Assembly: GCA_004022145.1 (NCBI GenBank)
Contig: RCNU01000008.1
DNA: 64,000 bases
DNA from: Paecilomyces variotii
Taxonomy: Eukaryota
Reading direction: 5' to 3' (one strand)
Below, in pieces: positions 1 to 11,023 of the stretch (its first letter is position 1; every line of letters starts with the position of its first letter). The notes under the pieces are model-generated. The model saw only the letters and a program-made list of their open reading frames with translations, made no database searches and was not told the origin of the DNA. The position numbers and the translations under genes were made by a program.

Positions 1-1648
1 GCTGTACCTCGAATTCTGTCTCCACCATTCAGCTGCTACTACATTATTGAACTGGATAGTATTATGGCGCAATGAATAATGGCAATTCGTAACAGATGCG
101 AACGACGATGGATACTCGATTCATCTTTGAGTGGCGGGACCCGACAGGAGGATGCGTTTATGCGAACTGCGTAACGCCCCTGCTGCCAGGAACGAGTCAG
201 CAACTGACAGTCCGTGACTCCGTGTATTATTGATATTACGCTTGCATACGGGGACCACTTGGGACTATCCGCCATGTGGTCGACGAAGGCGGGGCCATGA
301 AAGGCCAGTATTACTTGAAACAGTTTAACAGTCCTACTCTCTACAGCATAGGATGTGAATTGAGCGTTGAGGATGCAACGCCTTATTGGGAAGCATGATA
401 TCAACTACGACATTGTCAGTCTAGTTGTCTGTCCGTAAGTGCACATTCGATGGGACGCATCCGGCTTCTGTATCAGAATGTCTAACAAGTACACAGCAGG
501 TGAGAAATGAGTCCTGGACACCACGGTCGAGGAGGAGGGGGTTGCACGCGCGGTCAGAGTCATAGCTGCTGGTTAATCTAATGAACCGGCGGATCTTTTT
601 TCTCTGAGAGGAGTCAGTCCGCCTCTTCCCGTGTGGATGTCAACGTTTCCTGCGCTAAAGCACCACTCTGAACCTGGCGGGTTCCAACCGTAGCGAAGAT
701 GATTATCATCACCCAACACCAGCTTGATACGCCCTTAGCAGAAAGCGGAGCAGATCTGGGCTGCGACATCGGATCGGAAATCGACAAGAGCACGAGCCAA
801 CTTGGTCTCCCATCAAACGGCACGGCTAGTTAGTCAACTCAGACGGCTTCAAAGTTTGAGGCTGATGCGCGTGCCATGGCACTCCATTTCTCGTCCGATA
901 GGCGCATATTGGTTGAATAGGCGAGTCCGGGATAGGGCGGTGGATGGCACCTTGACCAGTCAATAATATTTTCTACTGCCGATGTGGAAGACTCACCAAA
1001 GGACGGAGAGGAATGGCTAGAACGATCTGTCCGGAGCTGTTTACAGTTTCTCTGACCCCCACTTTGAGTGAGATGAGAAATTGGGGCTTCGTTTCTGGGG
1101 CTTCATAGACATAGAGTGACATACCCTAGTAGCGTGGACCGCCGTTGGGCTATCACGTATTATTCTTCAGCAACTTAGCCAGTTGCTCGGGACTAAGCCA
1201 ATTGCGCAGACCTATGAGAAGCTCAGATGACACCGTTTGCTGAGAAAACGCCAAACCGTCACAACAGATGGAAACCCGATCTATTTTTTGTCGGGGCTGT
1301 GCAGTAATAATATGCAGTCTTGTATCGAGAAAGTACAAAGTCCAGGGCGATCAGTAGTGATATTGATTCTGAATAAGAGAGAATCACTAGTTATATCTTC
1401 GTCAGCTGTGTACTCTGGTTACGTATATTTATTGTAGAGTGATCGTGTAATAATATAGTAGTCGTGCACGGGCGCAGTTTCAGCGAGACGTCAGCTCCCA
1501 ATACCGCCGCGATCGTCCTCCACCCATGTACAGTACCTCATCGACGTAACCCAAGACCCGCTGTCTACATCTTGTCGATAATAATACTTTCCAGGTCATG
1601 AGGGCTCGAATCCTAGCAGAAATTTGAACGTCAGGATCGGAGGAAACC

Positions 1649-2680
1649 ATGGAGAAGTCTTCTGCTCCGCTTGAGCGGTCTCAGGATGACTTGCTTCGCA
1701 CAGCCGCCCTTTCAACGTCAGCCGGCTTCAGAACGCGACGCGATCGTACTATCTCCCGGATATTCCGTCGCGTCCTAACTGCCGTATGCTTCGGCTTGGT
1801 GATCTACATCTTTCTGAGTCGCTTCAGCACCAGCCGTACTCATACACACGCATCTTCCCACAACGAGGAACTTCAAGCGGTCAGCGGAAAGCGTCCAAAT
1901 GGGGACCACGACACTGAAGAGGCGTTTCCGCTCTCGTCGGCCTCGTCGAAACGAGTGCCGTTGGAGGCTCACATCATGAGCAAATGTCCAGATGCCCAGG
2001 ACTGTCTGCAGCAATTGGTTGTTCCTGCAATGGAACGGATCAATGACAAGGTCGACTTCATTCTATCATTCATTGCAAGGTAAGCATCTGCCTACAATAT
2101 TCATTTTCTTGGCATTTGTTTTGAAGTGCCTCGCAGGATAACTAACTGAGAGTCTCGCAGTGTCTCCGAGAAGACTTCGGAAGTTGACTGCAAACATGGA
2201 CCCGCAGAATGCATTGGTAATATGCTCATGCTCTGTGCCGCCAATCTTCCCTTCCCTCCCAAGGACAACGCCGAATCGTCACTTACTCTAGGACGCACGC
2301 CTACAATCCGCTGGCTTGGGTTTTCGAACTGTCTTATCAACTCGTATGAAGAGATTCCTGACCGTAATCTTGTCGAGGATTGCGCTCTCGAGCATGGAAT
2401 CGATTTCGATGCTCTCAACCATTGTGCAAGCCAGCAGGACGATGAAGATCCCAGTGACGAATTCGGTGATGCCCCCCTTAGCGGAATCGCACTGCTGCGG
2501 GAAAGCGCGCAGAGAAGTGCGAAACTGGGAGTGACAACGAGCTGCACGGTACGCGTAGACAACTCAGTATGGTGTATACGAGATGGCGGAGTATGGAAGG
2601 ACTGCGTGAAGGATGGCAAAGCCAGAAATGTCTCCGTACTGGTTGATGAGGTGGAGAGACTCTACAAGGAAAGAAATTAA
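1649..2680 (+). CDS. GILT-like (gamma-interferon-inducible lysosomal thiol reductase family) protein with N-terminal TM anchor; 2 exons
   Basis: Intron 2080-2160 (GTAAGC...CTAAC...CAG) joins ORFs 1649 and 2222 in frame. Motifs MSKCPDAQDC and CKHGPAECIGN match the GILT signature. Hydrophobic segment VLTAVCFGLVIYIFL. Confidence 0.85.
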
Positions 2681-3676
2681 GCCGTCGTGAGAGGAAGGTC
2701 TCTTCCGCATGACGGATGGACCCGTTCGCTAGTTATGGCCCAAAGTAGTCGTCTTTGACAACATGTGTACTATCGGGGGATCCTGCACGTTATCGTTCTT
2801 TTTGGTCTATTATTCCAACGAACAAAATGCCCAATCCGTCGAGCAGACGGATATAACCTTGATATTACCTACTCGTTCGATACCCCCGTTATTCAGAATA
2901 ATACCATGCTCAAGTATTCATAGCAGAAAATGCAGTACATTAATCTTCATATAGTGAACCAAATATACATTCATCACATGGAATGACCAGAACCTTTTAA
3001 AGGTCCAAGGTAGCATGAACCAGGCTACTACCTTCATACTAGTACTGTTACTTCGCTCCATGGGCTATGAAACCTTGTAACTATATGTAAGGTTCAGACC
3101 GCCCTGCTTCTAACCGATCCTAGATCTTTGGAGCCGATATCAGTAGTAGTTTAGCATGGAAATCTGTGGGCCTGTTGCCTTGCATGTTGATCTTCTAGCA
3201 CCAGTAAATGTCCGGAGCCGAGCACAGCCCATGGCACCTCTTAAAATGAGAAAATCCTTACCTCTATAAATGAGACAATATGGCCTATAAAGTCGACTTA
3301 CTTCTGGTACGACCACAAAAGTTTGTACTTCTCAAAGCTGGATTTCTCCTGACCTTGCTTATAGAGCCATTGGTCCATAACCCATTTTCATACCACGGGG
3401 GCCTTGCGTTTTGCACTAGGAGTTACGAAGAACGAGAACGTGGAATATAAAAGGAATATGTCATTGACAGAGGGATTACGGGCAGGGAATGGTTTATAGT
3501 AACATCTGAGGTCGGTCCAGACTTGGGTGCTTGACTTTGCATACGGCATAGATCAGCCAGCCGTCTGACATATTCTACTCTTCTAACCACTGAGATAATA
3601 CTCCATCGACTTATCATTACACTATCAAATCCCACATCTAAAGAATATACACATATACACGAAAAGAGACACCGCG

Positions 3677-4526
3677 ATGACTACCGCAAACTCCAGAGAC
3701 GCTGTTGTAGAGATCCACGAACTCGCAAACAGTCCGTCCTGCAATGGCGCAAACGACCGTCCTCCTAGCTATTCTTCTCATGCTTCCCCTTTCCAGCCAT
3801 GGTACAAGGCTCCCAAGAGAGTGATAACGTGCAGCTTTACGAGCTGTGCGGTTGTTACGATTGCTGTGTGTCTGCTCGCGATTTCTTTCAATATGCTGCT
3901 TTTTGCGGGACATGCTATCCACGCAGTTCGAAATTCCCCTCAAGGATCAGACGTTGGCGATGACCCGGAGTGGCCAAAAAAGATCGACCGCAGCTTCCAC
4001 GTCTGGATCATCTGCATGGCAAGCATCACTTTCGTCCAGGCAGCCCTCACTCTCTTCACTACACCACTGTCCGCCACGGTAGAAATCACGGGACGAGTGG
4101 TGTTTCATATGATATGCTATATCGTTCTCCATTTTGTTTATTATGGTATGTTTCACTTTGACGACGTCAATGGACATAACCGAATCACCAACCCAAATGG
4201 AATACCGAGGAAAATACTAGTTATTCCCGGATGGATAATAAGCGCTGGAAGGAAGTATCCGACTATCATATCTTGGACCTGCATGAAAAAGGATAACCAA
4301 GGCGACAGCTCCGTTGATTATGACTCGATCTGTCATACTGCAGTAAGTACCATTTATTCTATTCTATACCTTCCCTTTTTTCGATATGGTATCTCTCTTG
4401 GAGACCAGCTTACTGACATTTTTCTTTTAGCTCACTGCAAAATATCTCGCAATAGCAATGACCGTCTTCTATATAGCAGCTTGCATTACCCTTATATTTT
4501 GTCTATGTGCCAGAATTTCACGTTAG
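3677..4526 (+). CDS. Hypothetical multi-pass membrane protein (~253 aa, about 4 TM, MARVEL-like layout); 2 exons
   Basis: Intron 4343-4430 (GTAAGT...ACTGAC...TAG, phase 0) adds a final hydrophobic exon LTAKYLAIAMTVFYIAACITLIFCLCARISR*. SWTC...C loop precedes the last TM. Confidence 0.6.
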
Positions 4527-5300
4527 CTCAACTGATTCCCTAGCAAGGAAATGCCAGGATAGTTATCATAAGCCTCGTGGTCTCGCAGCTCTTCGTGGAG
4601 GATGGGATAACCTTTCAATGGATCGAATCTATTGGTAAGTATAGCAAGGTTCGTAACCTTGGGTAACTTCGGCGGATCCTTTTCATATAGCTCCCTATCG
4701 TCTGGAGCAAACTTGATGTTAGTGTCTGATTGTTCAAGAGGATATTTCACGGCGTCACATCTCTCGGCTTTTCTGGATCTTTGAGACGTCGAGTATTGTT
4801 ATTCTAGCTCTTCCACTGTTCTTGAGGCACAGAACGGATATTTTGCTTTTGATATAGATCTACAAAACACACTTTGTTTAGTGGGAACATATGCAACCAT
4901 TCTCGCACTGCAGACAAGATACACCGCCTAGCATATGCCTTTGTATGTCGCTCCCAGTACATGTTATTTCTTTTCAGCTTCGCGGAGCCCGCCGTGGTCT
5001 TATGGTCTTTGTTTGGGGGAACTGCCAACCATCCATTTCTGGACTGTTTGGTTCTAGATAGAAACACATTGGCTTCTTAGCGTTGTTTTCACTTCATCTT
5101 CACTAATTTCCCCTCACAACGCGTACTCCTTGCATTTGTCCTGTCCGATCTCCTAGTAAAATACATTATTACACCTCTTCTAGGAGATTTTGCTGGCATC
5201 TTGAACATAACTCTCCAGTTAGTACCAAAGACATGCTATAGTACCCCGCAAGAGGACTGACACTCATCGCGACAGAAGCAAGACTGGCGTCACTGACAAG

Positions 5301-6240
5301 ATGCCTTCCCACCCACTCAAAAGCGGTGGTCACTACAAGCAGAGTCATATTGAAGACGAGGTCGACGATATTGTTCATGATTATGGGCGTATCAGCAAAC
5401 CACATCCTCTTCTCAAAGAGGCACTTGAAAAGCCAGACAGCTATGCTCTTCTCTGGGAGGTGATCGAAACCCAGGTCTCTCTCATAAAGTCCCGCTCACA
5501 GGCATTTGAGGATGGCCATATCACCATCTATGACAAGGCTCTTCTGATCCTCACCAAGAATGGAAAAGAGATCATGGACATGGGAGCTTTGGAACTCTTC
5601 CTCGATGAATACGTTGGTATCCCTGCCAATGGAACCGTCGTCAAACAGCAGCATGTCTTAGACAAGCATGTCGCTCTCAAGAGCCTCTTGAAAAAGAGTA
5701 GGTCATATTGTCATGAACATATATCAACCTCTTCGATTGACATTTCGAATAGTCGCCCATTTTGACAAGAGCACGGATGAAAAGACGGGCACCGACGCAC
5801 CGGTCGGTGACTCTTCCTCCCCTCATCCTGAGAGTCAATGCTATGAAAGGGAGACGAAGTCTCATTCCAGCGATGACCCTGTCGACCCAAAGGTGGACGA
5901 GAGTATCGAGCGTATGCTGAACATCTACTTCAAAGCGAAGGAAGACTATCATGCAACCAGTGGCGCTAGCCGTTCTGAGAAGCTTGAGGCTGTCAAATTT
6001 CTTCGGGACACAGCTGAGAATACGCTCAATTACCTTCAAGCGCATCGCATAGCTGACAATACGATTGTGCCCGAGCTGCAGCGCTCCTTTGAGATGGCCA
6101 AGGAGGTGGCTACCTCCCTCTCCGGTGGCAGGAAGAGAAGATTCGAGATTCATGAGGGCCGTGGGGGATTCCACGGGGGCCGTTCTCGCTATGGATATAA
6201 ACATCCAAAGTTCCGTGCAGGTGACTTCTATCGTCCATAG
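5301..6240 (+). CDS. Hypothetical protein with RG-rich C-terminus; 2 exons
   Basis: Intron 5698-5752 (GTAGGT...TTGAC...TAG) joins ORFs 5301 and 5713 in frame. Protein-like composition; C-terminal GGRKRRF and GRGGFHGGR. Confidence 0.7.
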
Positions 6241-6642
6241 AGCTCAAGATCATCGGCTTGTTTAGACCCTGACTATCAAATGAGTGGGTTCTGTGGCCTT
6301 GGCACCTGTATCTAACTGTACTTGATTGAACGGCCGGGAGAATAGTGGCGCGCTCGTCTATGGAGGGACGCAGTCTAATACCCCGGAATTTAATTCTAAA
6401 ATCAACAGATCTTGTTAGCTTAATGAGTTGTTTGCCGTCGTAGATAATCTGTCCCGAGAAACGTCGATCTATCCAATTAGGGGCGTATGGAACCACACGT
6501 GATTGCGCCGGAGCGGAGCGAGACGCCTGACGGAGGTCTCAGATCATTTTATCAATCTTCCCCTGATGGCGGGAATCTGTACCTCTTAGATGTTGGAGGA
6601 TTCCAGAAAGGGATCTCCGGGGTCAGTTGCAGGTAAACCAGA

Positions 6643-8636
6643 ATGGTCCAAAAGGCCTCCGTGATACATCGCAGAGGGTTTCTGCCCCCTTTATCTCCGC
6701 TGTTCAGAGTCCCGTCCCGCCCCACCCTCTCAGCATCAGAAGATACACCGTCGAGCAGCTCTCCTGGGGCCTCAAATGCCCAGCTGACACCCAATTCCGA
6801 TGGTCCTGGCGATGAGAGTTTCCTCTTGCCTCAGCCACCACGTGGAGTGGAACTACATAAGTTGCAGACAGATTTCAATCATGCCGAGGCACAGAGGAGC
6901 TCGTACGACCAACGCCAGGACGATTCAATTGACTACGCCCAAAGTTTTGACTCTCGAGAGGGGTTCAAAGAGTTCCGTGGTCAGACAGGGTTCCTTGCAA
7001 ATTATTCAGCGGCGGAGGAACGCGAGGTCGTGAGAAAGTTTGATAGACATTTGGTATCTTTCTTGGCTTTACTTTATTTACTTTCCTTTTTGGATCGCTC
7101 AAGTAAGTGCTGCACATCCTAGTTGTCAGAGGTGGACACCATCCATGTTGTTTCTTTGTGTGCTAACTGATACTGCAGATATTGGTAACGCAAAGATCGC
7201 TGGTCTCGCCGACGATCTTGATCTGTCATCCTCGCAATATGAATGGCTACTTACAGCTTTCTATATTACCTATATCCTCTTCGAATGGATGACTTTGATG
7301 TATCGCATTGTTCCCCCGCATGTATACATTTCGCTGTGTGTTCTTTCATGGGGGTTGATTGCATCTTTTCAATCTTTGGTTACTTCCTTTGGGTCATTGG
7401 TCGTGCTGCGTGCTTTACTTGGGATATCCGAGGCTGCATTTGGTCCCGGCGTTCCATTTTACCTTTCATTATTTTACAAGCGCGAGGAACAGGCATTCCG
7501 GACTGGCCTCTTCATTTCTGCTGCTCCTCTTGCGACTACTTTTGCTAGCAGCTTGGCCTGGTTGATTGTCAAGCTTAGCGATAACGGTCTTATCGCACCT
7601 TGGCGCACGCTCTTCTTGGTGGAGGGATTCCCAAGCGTAGTTGTTGCCGTCATAGCATGGAAAGTTATCCCGGATAGCCCTGGGACAGCTCTCTTTCTCA
7701 CTCGTCGGGAGAGAAAGGTTGCAAAGTTGCGGCTTCAGCTGCCTCAAGCTGAACCCCATCAATCTCAAAGCGGCAAGTTCGATTGGCGCCAGGTCGGAAA
7801 TGTACTCGCAGATCCAAAATCCTATCTCATGGCTGTAAGGAATTCCGGATTTTCCCAGTCGTCCAGAAGTTTGGCTGACCGCTGAATCCAGCTTATGTTT
7901 TTGAGTTGCAACGTGGCATTCAGCTCAATGCCGGTTTTCTTACCGACCATTATCAAAGAGTATATCTCCCCGTACTATTCGCGCTCTCTGTAACCAAGCT
8001 AATGCCTCTAACAGTATGGGGTTCTCTCGCTCAGCTTCCCAGGCTCTTTCAGCGCCTCCGTACATAATCGCCTTCTTTGTTGTCCTGGTGACGGCATATT
8101 TCTCTGATCGCGACCGTGCTCGAAGTCCCTATCTCATCGTCCATGCTCTTCTTTCATCTCTTTCTTACCTTATTATAGCGGCCACTGGATACTTCCACTC
8201 TCATCTTGCACCCGAGGTACATACTGCCATTCGCTATTTCTGTATTTACCCGGCGACCTTTGGTTTCTTCTCCTCCATAACTATTATCATCACATGGTCT
8301 ATGGATAACCGTGTCGCCAAAGAAGGGAAGGGTGCTGGGGTTGCCATTCTCAACATCATTGGACAATGCGGGCCACTCATTGGAACAAGGCTCTATCCCG
8401 AGAGTGATGGGCCGTGGTACGTGCCTGGTATGGTAGCGTGCTCGCTCTTTATGGCTTCTGTGGTCATCATGGCGCTTGTATTGAGGTTGCTCTTGCAGAG
8501 GGATAACAGGAAGATGGCCGAGAAAGCGGACAGTATGGAGATGGGATCGCAGAGAGAGGAAAGAGAAGGTCTGATGGGCTCTGTGGCGGAAGCAGGACTC
8601 CCAGCCACGGACACGAAGTTCACATACATCATTTAG
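6643..8636 (+). CDS. MFS transporter, anion:cation symporter (allantoate permease/Dal5-Tna1-like) family; 4 exons
   Basis: Introns 7103-7178, 7835-7891 and 7960-8014 restore LSFLDRSNIGNAKIAGL, WRTLFLVEGFP and multiple TM helices. Confidence 0.9.
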
Positions 8637-9509
8637 GCTATGTTCTCAAACATCCAAGTTTGTTTACTCCTCTCAATTGCATTCCTGCACTGTTAGAGCC
8701 TCCTAGAATCCGCTATTATTGAACGTGCAGTTATAGATGCAACTGTTGGAGACAGGAAGTGCTTATATAAGCCCAGTATCTGCTTGTTCATTGGCGGAGA
8801 GGAGACCCGAAAGCGGTGGTCACGCATAACCTTCTTCGGACAACAACAAAGCTCTGTTCTCTCTTTACTTATTCTCACGAATTGACTCAAAATGAATCGC
8901 GGTGTCGGTTCGGGATCGACTGCTCTGAAAATCACTCTCACGGCTACCCGTCCATCGGCCCGATTCAGAGCATTCGGCCCAGCTCCGTCTTTAACTAGTA
9001 AGCTTCTCGGGCGGTTTCACCAGGTCCAAAGTTCTTCGCTCAGAATGACGCCGTTGACACAATGTCTGGGCTCTCGCTAGTGGCATACTCTGTCAGTGCA
9101 ACTCTGTCAGTGCATCTCCAGCATCGGATTCCAGACTTGGAAGTTCCTATTTCTCACACTGGAACAGCCAATCGCAGAGAAGGCCTGCCTATCATAGAAT
9201 CCCAAGGAAGACGGAGAGACGATGTCATCTCGTACCGAGATATCGTAGCAATTTCTACTATGGCTGACGGTAGTTCGGTGGTACAGCTCTCTTGGCGCTG
9301 GATCACCAAGGAAGTGGCCTGGTCTTTCTTTTGCCATGACGATAGTCATCTGCTCTCCTGCGTAAAAAGACTGGTCGCTAGGCTGTCGCCAACTCTTCTC
9401 TAGTTGTATGTTCGGGTAGTAATTGAATCGTTTTTCTCAGCTTTCATATTCAGAGAGCGCCTTGTTTATCCCAGCTTTACCCTCGTATCTACACATACGG
9501 GCTTCAGTC

Positions 9510-10523
9510 ATGTTCTTTTTTATCTCGCGCATACCATGCGCGCCTCGAGCGCTATCCAGGAGAACTATTCGGCAGGCCCTACCCCTGCGAGCTGGATACG
9601 CGACGACCACGAATATCCAAACGAAGCTACCTGGAGGGAAGGAGGCGAAGAATCCACAGCGGTTCAGAGAATTCAATCTGGAGAACCGCACTTTTACTGT
9701 AACTGGGGGTGCCAGAGGGCTTGGTCTATGTATGGCGGAAGCATTGATGGAAGCTGGCGCAAAAGGTATTTCCCTGCATATTGTCTCTCAGGAGCAGGTT
9801 ACTTGTGTATCCACGAAGGCTAATAGGCCCTTCCGATCAGTATACTGTCTGGACAGGTTGGAGAAGCCAGATCCCGAATTCCAGAAAGCGCAGGAACGCG
9901 CGGTCAAGTCAGAATATGGAGGGGCCATGGAATATCGACGAATCGACGTCCGTGACCATGTCAACGTGAATAATGTCATGGCCGAAATCGCAGCGGAGTC
10001 ACAACGACTAGACGGCATGATTGCCGCGGCCGGAATCAACCACTTGCAGAGCGCGCTTGATCATTCCCAAGAAGCTCTAGAGGAGGTCATGCAGATCAAC
10101 TACAACGGAGTCTTCAACTCTGCTACCGCAGCAGCACGACAGATGTTTCACTACAAGTGCAACGGGTCCATTCTGCTCGTCGCCAGTATGAGCGGAGTTA
10201 TCGCAAACAAGGGAATGAGCTCTCCCGTCTATAACTCCTCCAAAGCCGCCGTCATCCAGCTAGGACGGTGTCTCGCTATGGAATGGGGCCGTCATGGCAT
10301 CCGCGTCAACAGCCTGTGTCCGGGACACATCGTCACTCCAATGGTTGATATGGTCTTCAAGAAGACCCCTGAGGTCCGCACAATGTGGGAGGCGGAGAAC
10401 ATGCTGGGCAGACTTGCAAAACCAGAGGAGTTCCGTGGCGCTGCGCTCTTCGCGCTTAGTGATGCCAGCAGCTTCATGACCGGAAGCACCATGCTCATTG
10501 ACGGTGGTCACACCGCTTGGTAA
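9510..10523 (+). CDS. Short-chain dehydrogenase/reductase (polyol dehydrogenase-like) with probable mitochondrial presequence; 2 exons
   Basis: TGGARGLG Rossmann motif, AAAGI, ASMSG, catalytic YNSSK, IRVNSLCPG, MTGS..IDGG. Intron 9766-9840. Arg-rich, acid-free N-terminus. Confidence 0.9.
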   Translation: MFFFISRIPCAPRALSRRTIRQALPLRAGYATTTNIQTKLPGGKEAKNPQRFREFNLENRTFTVTGGARGLGLCMAEALMEAGAKGISLHIVSQEQVTCVSTKANRPFRSVYCLDRLEKPDPEFQKAQERAVKSEYGGAMEYRRIDVRDHVNVNNVMAEIAAESQRLDGMIAAAGINHLQSALDHSQEALEEVMQINYNGVFNSATAAARQMFHYKCNGSILLVASMSGVIANKGMSSPVYNSSKAAVIQLGRCLAMEWGRHGIRVNSLCPGHIVTPMVDMVFKKTPEVRTMWEAENMLGRLAKPEEFRGAALFALSDASSFMTGSTMLIDGGHTAW

Positions 10524-11023
10524 ATGGCTTTTACGCTCTATTTCTTATCTTCAGCCTTGTAGAGCTATTTCATCATGACTGGGAGGCTGTTACTTGAATT
10601 GCGTTTTGTTCCAAGTCTACTGAGGAAAAAAGCGTTCTGAGCGGAAACCAAGTTTTATCCTGAGCGTCCTTTTTCTGCAATACCTGGTTTGTTTTTCGAA
10701 TGTAACATGGATTGTGTTTCGTTTTTCCTTGCTAGTGAAGTAGCTACTTGGGAGTTTTTTTGTTTGATTATTATAGTTATAGAGTTTCCTTTCTAGTCTC
10801 GTGTCTTGCAGCTTATATATACGGTGTTTCCCATGTTCACAGCAGCCCATAATATACGAGAGACGGCTATGGAGAGAAAAAAGTTGTCTTTGTGACCTAC
10901 TCAGATCTGAAGCGAGGAACAATATATGAGTTCAGTTCCAGTTTCATTATTTTATAATATCTCATGAATCAATTAAGGCGTATCTCCTAGCAAGGGTACT
11001 ATCTTGCGTTTCTTCTCATTACA

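Noticed and set aside
1-1440. Short ORFs and an intron-like GTGAGT...AAG on the minus strand at the window start
   Set aside because: I could not assemble a consistent spliced ORF or recognise a protein; may be UTR or a decayed gene.
1595-1620. GGCTCGAATCC resembling a tRNA T-loop
   Set aside because: No cloverleaf, acceptor stem or A-box around it.
4523-5067. Two adjacent minus-strand ORFs (75 and 87 aa)
   Set aside because: They are in different frames, have non-ATG starts, no linking splice signals and no motif.
6643-10523. MFS transporter next to an SDR as a possible metabolic cluster
   Set aside because: Only two common gene types, with no backbone enzyme or regulator nearby.
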